Positions 18,087 through 29,784 are shown, numbered from the stretch's first letter. The stretch: DNA of 64,000 nt from Tubiluchus corallicola (GCA_030141605.1 JAQGDQ010000050.1:11971-75970), one strand, 5' to 3'. Numbers and translations are program-made. The notes: generated from the letters alone by a model not told the origin.

Positions 18087-18962
18087 TGCGCAAATAAGGG
18101 TGGCTCAATTAACAATCTCGACTTATTTGGTGAGTCTTGAAATCCGATCAGAGGAAATCCGATCAGAGTTGCTCTAAGGGGTCTGGAAGCACGTGTCCAC
18201 TTGCAATAATTTTGGCCTGGACAGCTGATAGTAAATATTGGTGGGAAAAGTTTTTGCAGTCATGGTTTTCAAAACAAACGATGTGTCCGAATGGTCATTA
18301 AGATTGGGTACTGCGCCTAGAGTATTGGTCGTAAAGGCTTTGATTGCTTAGTAATGATGAGGTTTTATACACAGCATATGTAATAGTGATGGTATTCTAT
18401 TATGAAGTTCCCAGGCCTTTTCACATAAAAGAGACTTGTAGGCTCCTGGTCAGTCTTTTTCCAATTTTGCTAGTATAGTGGAGGTGTGTGGTTCGAGTTC
18501 TAGTTCGTTTGTCGTTTAGTTTACTGATTTCATAAAATTGTATAATGGAGTGTGAAATACCAACCGGTTCCTATTTGCTGGGGGTAGAGCCTAAGTTTAC
18601 TGATGGGAGCTTTTACAATGTACTCGATGAAGGCGAGTACTTATATCAGCAGGCCACTCGCGAGTTAAAAAATATACATCTGCCTGGCACATTTGAGAGG
18701 TTCTTCGGCAAATCTATTATTAATGGAGTAAGTAATAGTTTTAGTAATAATCACTATTATGCTACCCGTATCAATAAAATCGCTGTATTGATGATTTTGA
18801 AGCTAAAAGGAAATTTGTCTCAAAGAACTCTTTTAATAAAGATTTATATTCATTTTACAGGAGGAGTTAGTGATAATTAAACTCAGCAATATTTTTGGAA
18901 TGCCGGTCATGGCGAAATTATTGGACGGATTTGCCCCGGGCAGAGTAAGATTTATTAATCGT
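17018..18962 (+). repeat. ~1.94-kb direct duplication, copy 1 (copy 2 at 26275-28204)
   Basis: Near-identical sequence. Copy 1 has an extra 15-bp GAAATCCGATCAGAG unit. Confidence 0.95.
18545..18962 (+). pseudogene. Unknown small spliced gene family, copy 1 (exon 2 truncated by the phenuivirus EVE)
   Basis: Exon 18545-18727, GTAAGT..TTTACAG intron 18728-18860, exon 2 from 18861 broken at 18962. Confidence 0.65.
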
Positions 18963-18968
18963 CATTTG

Positions 18969-19522
18969 ACACAAAGACGCTCATTAACATTTTGAAACAA
19001 AGGAATAGGATATTGATAAGTCATGTCCCAGCAGCAGAAGAAAACAGCCAGCGAGCAAGACGTTCAGAGATTCATCCTGGCATCCTTAGAAGACGTTAAT
19101 ATAGAAGATCTGAAGAAGGATGCCAAAGACATGATGGAGTTAGTAAAATTCCAGGGCTTTGATCCTGTGGAGACTGCACGTCAAGTCTTGGAATATAGTG
19201 ACTGGGGTACTGGTGATGCCCCAATGTCAGATGCCTTGAAGGATGTATCCAAGATGATAGCCCTATTCCAAGCGAGAGGATCTAAAATTGTCAATAAGTC
19301 TGGACAAAACTTTAGAATGAGTGCAGATGGGGTTAGTAGAGTTACTAACCTTATATCAAAATATCACATCGTGGCATCAGGAGGAGGACAACATGCAAAA
19401 GTCCTAACCCTACCAAGGATAGCTTTAGCTTTCCCTTACATCACATGTCAAAACTCTTACACTCTTCTTCCCGAGTCTGATACTCTCAGGCAACTCACTT
19501 GCACCGCACCAGTCAAACAGAC
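18969..19522 (+). pseudogene. EVE: second, 3'-truncated copy of the phenuivirus S segment/N gene (ORF 19023-19538)
   Basis: Starts exactly at ACACAAAGAC and matches 2317-2870 with two noticed substitutions. Ends flush at the Pao-2 LTR. Confidence 0.93.
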
Positions 19523-20838
19523 TGTGAAGTATTTCTGAAGGTAAAATAGCTAAGACATCAGTATATTGCAGAACACAGGTGAGTTTATTTATAAAAAATC
19601 AGTAACAGCACATGTTGATTCAATGCTCTCTGACAGCCAACTCCCAGGTAAGTTTTTCTGTGAAGCAAGGAAGCCAGCAATTCTATGAAAGGTAAATGTT
19701 TTGCATACTACATAGTTCAAGGATGAAAGTTTAGACTGTATATGAAGAAATAGACATTTTACAGCTGAAATTTCTTGTGTGGGATTTTTAACTGTTTTAA
19801 CCACAGAATGCAATAATATGACATAATGAATAAAAAATAATGACATATGACATAATAATACAAAATAATGACATATGACATCGTGAACTTCACGACACTC
19901 CGACCAGGAAGTTGGAAATAACATAAACTATTTGATACTTTAACCTTTAAAGTCATTTAACTTTTACAAGAGATAAATTTTGTTGTCATTTCTTAATCAT
20001 TTTAAGAATAACATCTAACATCTTAAGTACGAAATGGCGCCACCAAGCAGTTTGGGCGCCGTGGATAAATACGAATCACATCATTGCAAAACGGAGTATT
20101 TGGGCTATGTACAAAGAGGGTAAGTTTTTTTAATCTAATTTAATAGTGGCATTAAATTTCAAAGTAATTTTGTATATAACTATCACGCTACATTCGTAAC
20201 AAGTTTCATTACACACAACTTAACGATAAACTTAATATTTCTCTATTGAGTTTCACTACAAATAACATTCAATCTCTAGATTACAAAATCATCATGACGA
20301 TTTGAGTACAAAGTATCGATTTAGGATACAAATTCGTAACAAAGGGCATCGATTTAGGATGCAAATTCGTAACAAAGGGCATCGATTTAGGATGCACACG
20401 ATTTATCAATCGTTAGATTTAAATTACAAGTAGATTGCTAACCGAGGACATGCACAAGTATTAGCAAGTATAATAAGCAATGACATACAGCATTGGTTAC
20501 TCTTTGTGTTTATGATAAAGTTTGTACAGCATTTGCTTGGTTTGCCTGTAGGTTATGCTGTACATGGTCTATCACACAATTAGACACAATTTATTAATAA
20601 CATTTCTATGATTACCTTTTTCAGGTTTATAACAAAGAGCACATTTTGTGCACAAGGTAAGTATAAGGTAACTCGGGTAAGTAATATTTTAACAACTTCA
20701 TAAGCAGCTATTCAAACAGTGTTAACAATAACAACAACAACTTGTTATTCAAATGATGTTAACAACAATAGCAATACTAAACAATGCAAAACTTATTTAC
20801 AAAATCTTTAATGTTTCTGATTTTACAGGTAGATTTGA

Positions 20839-23800
20839 TTAAGGTGGATCTTGGGATTTAACAGAAACAATTCGATACAAGTGGAAAGTTTTCCGACATT
20901 TCCAGGATCCACGTGGTAAGTTTAAATCAGTAATCAGAATTACATCATTATCGTTTGACGGAATAATTACAACATTTTTCATAGCGTTTGGCTTTCTGAT
21001 TTGTGTATATGCATACTGTGTCAAAGATAGCCACATGATTTTAAATGGAAATTTAATTCCATACATGAAAACTTTTATGGCTCTAAACATGAACGCAATA
21101 AGAAATAAAAGCCAATCCAGAAAGGAAAAGTCATTAATATTAATAACTTTACCAACAGCTTTATGACATGTGACAATGTCAGAAATAAGACACCCACTTT
21201 CAAAGGGTACTTCCTTTTTGAGGGGTATTTCTGACTGTATTTGAGATGTCTCTTCTGAAGCCAGTGTAGGAACTGAACTGGAAACAGGCGAAACATCTGG
21301 TCGTGTTGTCTGATAGTTATCAGTTACAGACTCTGGACCCGTTTGGTGTATCTCAGATTTGGAGTATCTTAATGTACTACTACTATTCAGTAATGAATCC
21401 GTTAATGTGCAATCAAGCTCAGGCTGAAGACAAAATAATGAGTTTTCTGAACAAATTATAGATTCATTGTTCGCCAAGGTGTCTGTTTTTTCAACTACCC
21501 CTGTAAGTATATAGCCTAAAAGGCTTGCATACAGGAAGAGGCCGGGTGACACTTCGTGTTTTTCTGCTCCTAGAATTTTGAGGTAGTTATCGCATCCAAT
21601 TAATAACTGCACATCACCTTCAAGGTTCCCTTCAGGAAGTGAGTCAGCAAGTTGGCCCTCCCATGGCTTAAGTTTTGAGTACACTTGGGTTGGAAGAGAG
21701 GGGCGACCTCTGAATTTTGCAATAAACGGGACTACTCGAACATCGATATTAATTCTAGTAGAATTATTTTTGCCAAACAATGCAACCTTTGCTTGATGAC
21801 ATCGTACAGGAACATACCCTTTACAAGCAAATGTAGAAACATTCACATAACTAGGATTTTCCAATTTCAGATTTAACTTTTTTGCTAATGACTCTGTAAT
21901 GTATGTGCCATTACTATCTGTATCCATCAAACCTCTAACTGTAATACCTGATTTAGAATTATTAGAGACATCAGAGTGGCACATTCTCACTAAAACTGTC
22001 TGCATAAGTACAGCTTCTGTTTCTGAATTAAACATGACTGTGTCACTGAGTAAGTTTTGTTCTAATTTTGCCTCGACAATTCTGTTATTTTCAACTTTAT
22101 CACAAAGTGAAACGTGATGTTTTTGGCCACACACAAAACATGTAAATTTGCAGTCAACCTCAGTGTGTTTACTAGAAAGACAGACTTTGCAACGTTTACG
22201 CTTTTCTACTACTTTCAGTTTTTCTGCTATGGTAAACTTGTTGCAAAGGCCTGAAGAGTGTTTTCGGTTGTCACAATATAGACAAGGCATTTTAATGCGG
22301 TTATTCTGTGATCTCTTTGCCTTGTCCTTATTGTTACCATTGCTAGTAACTCTTTCTGAACCTTTTGGTTTGTAACTTTCAGCATGTTTTGATTTTTCAG
22401 CTGCAGATGTAGTGAGAGACAAGTCAGAGTTATAAACCATGTCATCATCGTTGCCAACTGCATTGTATAGAGGGAATGTACTGTCGCCTGCTGTAAGTAC
22501 ACTTTCTTTAATCTGAACAGATGCTGGTCTGTGATAGTTTGTACGAATGGGTTTCTTTAAAATTTCTTTAAGGCTTTGAAGCCCACACTCATTAGTAGAA
22601 ATCTCAAAGTTGTTCACATATCGATACATAGTATCTATTAATCTCTCTAATTGCCAATTAGAACCAGGAGTAGTATCTGGACAAAGGTTTCTAAGCTGAA
22701 AACCCATGGTTATGGGAAGTTTCTTAAGAATGCCTGAGACAATGTATTGATCATCGACTGGACGACCTAACACTGTCAATGACCTTATAATGACCTCTAT
22801 GTCATCAAGAAACCTTCGTAAATCTTTGGCGTTGTTTTTGACAGGTTCTATGTCTTCAAGTTGTTTCAGATAATTTGTCACCATGTGATCAGTTCTGCCA
22901 AAGCGTTTCATCAAGTGACCAACAGCAGCAGGATAGTTATTGGCAGTTCTACGGTATGTCTTGATAATTCTATATGCATTCCCTTTCAAGCAGCCCAACA
23001 AGTAATTGAACTTTTTACTATCCGTTAAATCGGGTCTTGAGTGTATTTCATCATTAAAAACACTCCAAAATTCTTCAAAATCATCATCACCCTCCCCCGA
23101 AAAGGAAGGCAATTTAAATTTTGGCAATCTAGTATACACAGTGCTTGCATGACTAACGTTCCAGGGATTTAGCTGTGATGTCATATTAGGCACAGCAGAA
23201 ACAGGTGTGCTTGATACTACAGGTAATCTAGTATACACAGTGCTTGCATGACTGACGTTCACAGCATTTAGCTGTGATGTTATATTAGGCACAGCAGAAA
23301 CAGGTGTGCTTGATACTACAGGTACAGGTTCACTGACCTTCAAGTGACAGGTTTCTAATGACCTAATTCTGGCTTCAATCTTAGAACTAAGTTCAGACAA
23401 ATTTCTGTTCAATGTAGTTTGTGAAGCAAGAAATTCTTTAACTTCATCCAAATGGGAACTATCATCTGAACTACAATAAATATATGATAGCTTGTCATAC
23501 AACTCTGTGAGCTTTTCAGTCGAAAATCTCAAATCAGCAATTGCAGCATTACATCTGTCAACAAAGTTTTGATAATTAGCAATACATTCGTCAAATTCTA
23601 AGTCTAACAATGTAGTACATGTGAAAAACACCTCACCATAGTGCTGTGAGTTTATTTTCAGGTTCTGGATCAGTATCTTCACCTCCAGCTGGTGTCCATG
23701 CAATGGATCTTTGTCTGGAACCATCTTTGGAATTGCTCCAGTCGCAGCTGTTGGGGTGGCTCCATGTACTGGGGTAGCTGGAATATGTAGTTGCTGCCCA

Positions 23801-23886
23801 TAATCCGGTTCCTCGTCGTCTGAGTCCTTAGAAGCATGGTCCATAATGGTCACTCCTTGCTTTGATGAGTCCTTGTTTGGTTGCAT
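20839..23886 (-). CDS. Pao-2 gag-protease ORF with pol remnants; RT, RNase H and integrase core missing
   Basis: LPKFKLPSFSG..FEEFW, three knuckles, LMDTDSNGTYIT protease, then only INDFSFLDWLL..FRAIK and LPRGSWK remnants. The original gag start is probably near 25628. Confidence 0.9.
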   Translation of the reverse strand: MQPNKDSSKQGVTIMDHASKDSDDEEPDYGQQLHIPATPVHGATPTAATGAIPKMVPDKDPLHGHQLEVKILIQNLKINSQHYGEVFFTCTTLLDLEFDECIANYQNFVDRCNAAIADLRFSTEKLTELYDKLSYIYCSSDDSSHLDEVKEFLASQTTLNRNLSELSSKIEARIRSLETCHLKVSEPVPVVSSTPVSAVPNITSQLNAVNVSHASTVYTRLPVVSSTPVSAVPNMTSQLNPWNVSHASTVYTRLPKFKLPSFSGEGDDDFEEFWSVFNDEIHSRPDLTDSKKFNYLLGCLKGNAYRIIKTYRRTANNYPAAVGHLMKRFGRTDHMVTNYLKQLEDIEPVKNNAKDLRRFLDDIEVIIRSLTVLGRPVDDQYIVSGILKKLPITMGFQLRNLCPDTTPGSNWQLERLIDTMYRYVNNFEISTNECGLQSLKEILKKPIRTNYHRPASVQIKESVLTAGDSTFPLYNAVGNDDDMVYNSDLSLTTSAAEKSKHAESYKPKGSERVTSNGNNKDKAKRSQNNRIKMPCLYCDNRKHSSGLCNKFTIAEKLKVVEKRKRCKVCLSSKHTEVDCKFTCFVCGQKHHVSLCDKVENNRIVEAKLEQNLLSDTVMFNSETEAVLMQTVLVRMCHSDVSNNSKSGITVRGLMDTDSNGTYITESLAKKLNLKLENPSYVNVSTFACKGYVPVRCHQAKVALFGKNNSTRINIDVRVVPFIAKFRGRPSLPTQVYSKLKPWEGQLADSLPEGNLEGDVQLLIGCDNYLKILGAEKHEVSPGLFLYASLLGYILTGVVEKTDTLANNESIICSENSLFCLQPELDCTLTDSLLNSSSTLRYSKSEIHQTGPESVTDNYQTTRPDVSPVSSSVPTLASEETSQIQSEIPLKKEVPFESGCLISDIVTCHKAVGKVININDFSFLDWLLFLIAFMFRAIKVFMYGIKFPFKIMWLSLTQYAYTQIRKPNAMKNVVIIPSNDNDVILITDLNLPRGSWKCRKTFHLYRIVSVKSQDPP
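23126..23323 (-). repeat. 99-bp in-frame tandem duplication in Pao-2 gag
   Basis: PVVSSTPVSAVPN(I/M)TSQLN..NVSHASTVYTRL occurs twice. Confidence 0.9.
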
Positions 23887-23964
23887 TGGCTGGAATAATT
23901 GTCCAGTCCTTATGTCATGACCTTTAGGTTCACCCTCCCACGGCGGCGTATAAAGAATAGTCTT
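23724..23964. repeat. 241-bp direct repeat of Pao-2 gag sequence flanking the glycoprotein insert (other copy 25355-25595)
   Basis: TCTTTGGAATTGCTCC...AAGAATAGTCTT is present on both sides of the insert. Confidence 0.95.
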
Positions 23965-25354
23965 ACTCCCTTCTTCTCTTTTGTGGTCTTCTGGCGTTTA
24001 GTCAAGGTACAATCTCTAGTGTTAATAGTATCATTCCCCAGCTAGCATATGATACTATATACAAGCATCAAGATGCGCTGGCAACTTACGGTATTGTTAT
24101 AACTGAACCGAGGCCTCTAGGCTATCAGGTAGCTCAGTCGTTCAAAGTGGTTAAAATCGAGATGACCAAAGCCTGGACTATCCGTTATAACCTTTTTGGA
24201 AATAAAAGCAAGAATAAATCTTCCAACTATACCAATAGGAAAAAAAGATTTTTAGGGCTAATAATGTCAACAGCAGCAATGGCTGAAGCTACAGCTGCAC
24301 TAGCTCTTGGTGCAACTAATAGAGCAGAAATCAACTCTCTGAATTCCAAGATGAATGAGTTGAGACAAAATCAAGGTATTATTGAGCACGAAGTCCAAAT
24401 TATGAACAAAGAAATTGGCATCCTCGGACACGACCTCGAAGAACTCGAAAAAATAGTAGGGAATTTAAATAATGAGGTTCATAGTTTAATGGTCGCCCAC
24501 TCAAACGACATGAGAAGATTGCATGACTATCTTAACTCAATTAGATATGGTCATGGTCTGCAGTCAGTAACTTCTACGAGGATTGATCCGTTATTAATTA
24601 GCCCTACCCAATTTGATTCCTTAATGTCGAATAAAAACAACGATATTCCCCTATCTTATGGTGCCAGTAGGGCAATTGTTATCCGGTCAGAGCCCCAGCA
24701 ACTATGGATGCTTATCAACGTACGTGAAATAGTTCAAATCCCAGGAAAAGTTCATGTAAGAACTCGAAACATTCCGATTGTGAAAGGAGGAACATGGATA
24801 GTACATGGGAATGCATTTAATATGATATTAGGGAACAATGAGATTCAAATTATCCCTCCTAAGAGCTGTCAAGATTTAAATGTAATAGTGTGTCCTAAAG
24901 ATCTTAAACCTCAAGCATTTGATCAGTCAATTAAGTACGAGCGATCGCCAGAAAACTGGGGTGTCACCACTCTTATGGGAGGCTGGCTAGTACAAAAGCA
25001 AGCAAGCTACTCACTGAGAATTGTGTCAAAAGTCACAGGAGTCACTGAGAAAACAATCGGAAAAAACTCCAGCATAGTCCTCACCTGTAAGAAAGCAGAT
25101 GAGTACCATTTACCTGGGTACTTCTTAAAGTGTAGTGATACTATTCACAGAATCAAAAGTTGGATTCCCACTCTTCAAAACCACAATCTTACAAGTTATA
25201 CGGACGAAATTAACGCACTGATTAACAAGACACATGCTCTTCTTCTTTCACATCATGAGATGTCTCCTTTGTCTTGGTATGAAGACTACTCGTCAGCAAA
25301 GGACTGGCTATGGTTAGTCACCATTGTAACATGTATTGAAGTAAATACTCTTCT
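23965..25354 (+). CDS. EVE: class I viral fusion glycoprotein (paramyxo/pneumo F-like), lacking start codon and C-tail
   Basis: The frame is open from 23964: signal-like SLLLFCGLLAFSQG, LATYGIV, furin site RKKR, fusion peptide FLGLIMSTAAMAEATAALALG, long heptad repeat, Cys-containing region, C-terminal hydrophobic WLWLVTIVTCI. Confidence 0.85.
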
Positions 25355-26274
25355 TCTTTGGAATTGCTCCAGTCGCAGCTGTTGGGGTGGCTCCATGTAC
25401 TGGGGTAGCTGGAATATGTAGTTGCTGCCCATAATCCGGTTCCTCGTCGTCTGAGTCCTTAGAAGCATGGTCCATAATGGTCACTCCTTGCTTTGATGAG
25501 TCCTTGTTTGGTTGCATTGGCTGGAATAATTGTCCAGTCCTTATATCATGACCTTTAGGTTCACCCTCCCACGGCGGCGTATAAAGAATAGTCTTGTCGC
25601 TTGTGGTTGTTGTGGTGGCCATACTCAAACAAGGTTAACTTGCAGTCGTCTGGATTCCAAATTAGAAGCACCAATACTGTCCATATATTTAGCACTCAGT
25701 GTAAACAGGAACAGAGTCACTGTATCACTTGGTTTGCAGCCTTGTACTAAGCAAACTGATTTCTTTTCCAAGCAGAGCAACTGTATCACCTGGTTTGTAG
25801 CTTTGTAGATATCAAACTGATTTTTTTCCTTTCAAATAAAGTCCTAGCATAATTTCCTTGGTTCTATAAACTTGTATAAAATGAAGAATTTCTGCACCAT
25901 GTGAAGTATTTCTGAAGGTAAAATAGCTAAGACATCAGTATATTGCAGAACACAGGTGAGTTTATTTATAAAAAATCAGTAACAGCACATGTTGATTCAA
26001 TGCTCTCTGACAGCCAACTCCCAGGTAAGTTTTTCTGTGAAGCAAGGAAGCCAGCAATTCTATGAAAGGTAAATGTTTTGCATACTACATAGTTCAAGGA
26101 TGAAAGTTTAGACTGTATATGAAGAAATAGACATTTTACAGCTGAAATTTCTTGTGTGGGATTTTTAACTGTTTTAACCACAGAATGCAATAATATGACA
26201 TAATGAATAAAAAATAATGACATATGACATAATAATACAAAATAATGACATATGACATCGTGAACTTCACGACA

Positions 26275-28204
26275 CGAGGTCCAGTTTGTTTAAATGATTT
26301 CTTGGTAGATTGATTAGTAGGTGACACCGTAAGTTAAATGAGGAAGGACCATGGTTTTGTAGAATAATAGTTTAGTTTTGATATTAAGATATTTGCCTTT
26401 TCTTGTTTGAGAAAAAAAGACCTTGTCCCATTTTTTGTACGATGCTATTAACTTGATTGTCCCATTTTAATTTATTATTAATTTTCATACCTAGGAATTT
26501 GGTTTCTTTAGATTTACAAATTGTTTGATTAAGAACGTTAAGTGTTGAGTTATCAGTTTTACATCCTTCATTTGGGCTTAATATTAGAAATACTGTTTTT
26601 CAGGGTTCATTTGTAAGTGATGAAAATCCAGAATTGATTTCATTTCTTCTATGTTTTGTTTTAGTGTGTATACAGCTGTATTTGGGTCTGTGTTATTTGA
26701 AAATAGATTGGTATCATCTGCATATTGTGTCATGCTGCAGTTTTTTAGAATATTTGGAATATTGTTTACCTAAATAATAAATAACAGTGGCCCAAGAACT
26801 GTGCCTTGCTGTGCCCCATGTTTGATCGTACCCCATTCTGGACATACGTTGGTTTGAAGCTTTACTCGTTGTTGTCAAAAGCTTTGCTAAGGTCTAAAAA
26901 AGCTGTGGAAATATATTCATTATGATCTAATAGATCGCGCCAGTTTTCTGTCACGAAAATTATTGCATCAATTGTACTATGATTTTTTCTGAAACCTAAT
27001 TGCTGTTTGTGTAGTATTTCTGTATTATCAAGGTATTAACATATTTGCTCGTACATAAATTTTTCAAATATGTTAGCGGCTCCATGAACTACTGATAGTT
27101 ATTAGGATCCTCTACGTTTTTGTTTTTCGGCTTAGGTGTGACGTTTGCAGTTTTACAGGTATTTGAGAATTTAGAGCGCATTATCATTTAGTTATAAATA
27201 TAGCATATGTGTTCTGCTATTATGCTGCCACTGATTTTAATTATTTTGGATGGTATGTCAAGTGGTCCTGAGCTTTTAGAATGTCTCATTAAATTTATGG
27301 TGTTTATGACCTGTAATGTTGTTACTGGCTCAAAATTGAATATTGCGCAAATAAGGGTGGCTCAATTAACAATCTCGACTTATTTGGTGAGTCTTGAAAT
27401 CCGATCAGAGTTGCTCTAAGGGGTCTGGAAGCACGTGTCCACTTGCAATAATTTTGGCCTGGACAGCTGATAGTAAATATTGGTGGGAAAAGTTTTTGCA
27501 GTCATGGTTTTCAAAACAAACGATGTGTCCGAATGGTCATTAAGATTGGGTACTGCGCCTAGAGTATTGGTCGTAAAGGCTTTGATTGCTTAGTAATGAT
27601 GAGGTTTTATACACAGCATATGTAATAGTGATGGTATTCTATTATGAAGTTCCCAGGCCTTTTCACATAAAAGAGACTTGTAGGCTCCTGGTCAGTCTTT
27701 TTCCAATTTTGCTAGTATAGTGGAGGTGTGTGGTTCGAGTTCTAGTTCGTTTGTCGTTTAGTTTACTGATTTCATAAAATTGTATAATGGAGTGTGAAAT
27801 ACCAACCGGTTCCTATTTGCTGGGGGTAGAGCCTAAGTTTACTGATGGGAGCTTTTACGATGTACTCGATGAAGGCGAGTACTTATATCAGCAGGCCACT
27901 CGCGAGTTAAAAAATATACATCTGCCTGGCACATTTGAGAGGTTCTTCGGCAAATCTATTATTAATGGAGTAAGTAATAGTTTTAGTAATAATCACTATT
28001 ATGCTACCCGTATCAATAAAATCGCTGTATTGATGATTTTGAAGCTAAAAGGAAATTTGTCTCAAAGAACTCTTTTAATAAAGATTTATATTCATTTTAC
28101 AGGAGGAGTTAGTGATAATTAAACTCAGCAATATTTTTGGAATGCCGGTCATGGCGAAATTATAGGACGGATTTGCCCCGGGCAGAGTAAGATTTATTAA
28201 TCGT
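26275..28204 (+). repeat. ~1.93-kb direct duplication, copy 2 (LINE fragment plus small spliced gene)
   Basis: Matches 17018-18962 and begins immediately at the Pao-2 LTR edge. Confidence 0.95.
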
Positions 28205-28355
28205 GAGGATTATTGCATTTGTACGGACGTACCAGAAATCTTTGATATTTGGAACCTGGCCTGCATAATGAGGGACGACAAGTGTAGTTGGAAAGAAGGG
28301 TGGAGGAGAGGTGGCTGGAAGATTAAAGAAAAGGGAAAAAACCAAAAAAAATTAA
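27787..28355 (+). pseudogene. Unknown small spliced gene family, copy 2 (TAG in exon 2)
   Basis: Exon 27787-27969, intron to 28102, exon 2 EELVIIKLSNIFGMPVMAKL*DGFAPGRVRFINRE. Confidence 0.6.
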
Positions 28356-28559
28356 TAAAATAGAAAGCTCAAAAAAAGTATTTATTCTTCCAATGTGAAC
28401 TATGTGTGGACTATTTTGTGAACTATATATGAACTATTTTGTGATGTGAAGCGAGAAAACGGAACGACGCCCAATTGGTATGTTAAATTCATGTTTTCCC
28501 TTTTTTTTGTTTTAAACTGATCTCTTAAAGGAATTTTGTATTTAGCATCGTGAGTTATT

Positions 28560-28960
28560 ATACAATAATCGATTAGAAATTTGAATGCCTTTCCTAGGTT
28601 TGGAAAAATGCTTCGTTTGACGATATGAGATTCATGGGTAGACGAGGCAATTAAATTCTTAATGGAATTCAAACGAAATTGTTGATTTCTGATTCTATTT
28701 TTAATAGCAGTTTTAAAAGCTTTAATCACTGTGACAGGTTTTTTAATTAATCTTAATTGTTGAATTTCAGAAAGCGTTCTGGTGAGAAATTCTTGAATAT
28801 GGTCCAACTGTATGGGCGCAATAAGTAGCCATCTTGCATTAGAAACTGGAGTATTCAATTTCTGTTTAAATATAACCCCTGGGCCTGTTATAAAAGGAGC
28901 TGGATTTGGTAATTTCTTGTAAGGAATTACAGATGTACAAATTTAGGAATATTGCCAATA
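28560..28960 (-). pseudogene. Errantivirus/baculovirus-F-like env fragment of a Gypsy-type element
   Basis: PGVIFKQ...VSNARWLL upstream, and VKR/SIFPNLGKAFKFLI resembling the cleavage site plus fusion peptide of gypsy env. Confidence 0.6.
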
Positions 28961-29784
28961 TTAGGATTTTGTATAAAAGTTTGGTAGTACTGGTCCTGAA
29001 AAAAAAATTCGAAAAGAATTATTATTCAGGTTGTCCTATACAGGTCGTTTCTAAATCTGTATAGTTAGTAAGGTTAGAAAAGGTTAGAATAAATTAAGAT
29101 AAACTTACGTATGTCCTGAAAGATCCATAGTTTGTGTCACTAAATTTCAAACTATGAGTTGGCAAGATTAACATGTATTCACGGCAGAAATTATCTTAAC
29201 TTTATTCACAGTCCCTTACTATGAGAAAAATCTGGATGAATGAAGTTAGTAGGTAACGGACAGTTATTTTAAAGGTGTATCCCTGGCGCATGTGCGCATG
29301 CGCAAATAAGTGTGGCTCAATTAACAATCTTGACTTATTTGGTGAGTTGATATCCGAGCCGAATCGACCTACGAGGTCTGAGGCACACGTCCGCTTGCAA
29401 TGAAATATTTTGGCCTGGACAGCTGTGCGTGGGAAAAAGTCTCTTTGCAGTCAAGATTTCTCAAACAAACTATCTATCTGAATGATCATTAAGATTGATT
29501 TCTGCGTCCAGGCCCTGGTCATAAAGTCCGTGATGACTTAGTAATGGTGGGGTATATGCGGTTTTTATACACAACACATGAAAGAAATGAGATTCTATTA
29601 CAAAGTTCCCAGGCCTGTCACATAAAAGAGAGTTGTAGGCTCTTGGGCAGTCTCTCTTCGCAATTTTGCTCGTGTGGTCTAGGCGTTTTATTTAGCTGTG
29701 CAAGATATTCAGTTTTACTACTTTCACATCACAATTTTCAGTTTTACTAGTTTCCCGAATTCATAAAATAAATAAATAAAAAAA

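Larger units (their letters stand above)
19523..26274 (-). mobile_element. Non-autonomous Bel/Pao element (Pao-2; gag-protease only) carrying a viral glycoprotein insert
   Basis: 375-bp LTRs at 19523-19897 and 25900-26274, apparently identical (minus strand TGTCGTGAAG...CTTCACA). PBS TGGTGCAGAA ends at 25899. PPT-like GGTCGGAG next to 19897. Confidence 0.92.

Noticed and set aside
18545-18880. 111-aa single-exon ORFs (also 27787-28122 and 29785-30114)
   Set aside because: They read through a canonical GTAAGT..TTTACAG intron. The spliced model joins the conserved downstream exon.
23965-25421. Glycoprotein as the functional env of Pao-2
   Set aside because: It is antisense to the element, inserted in the gag 5' region, has no start codon, and its tail runs into duplicated gag sequence.
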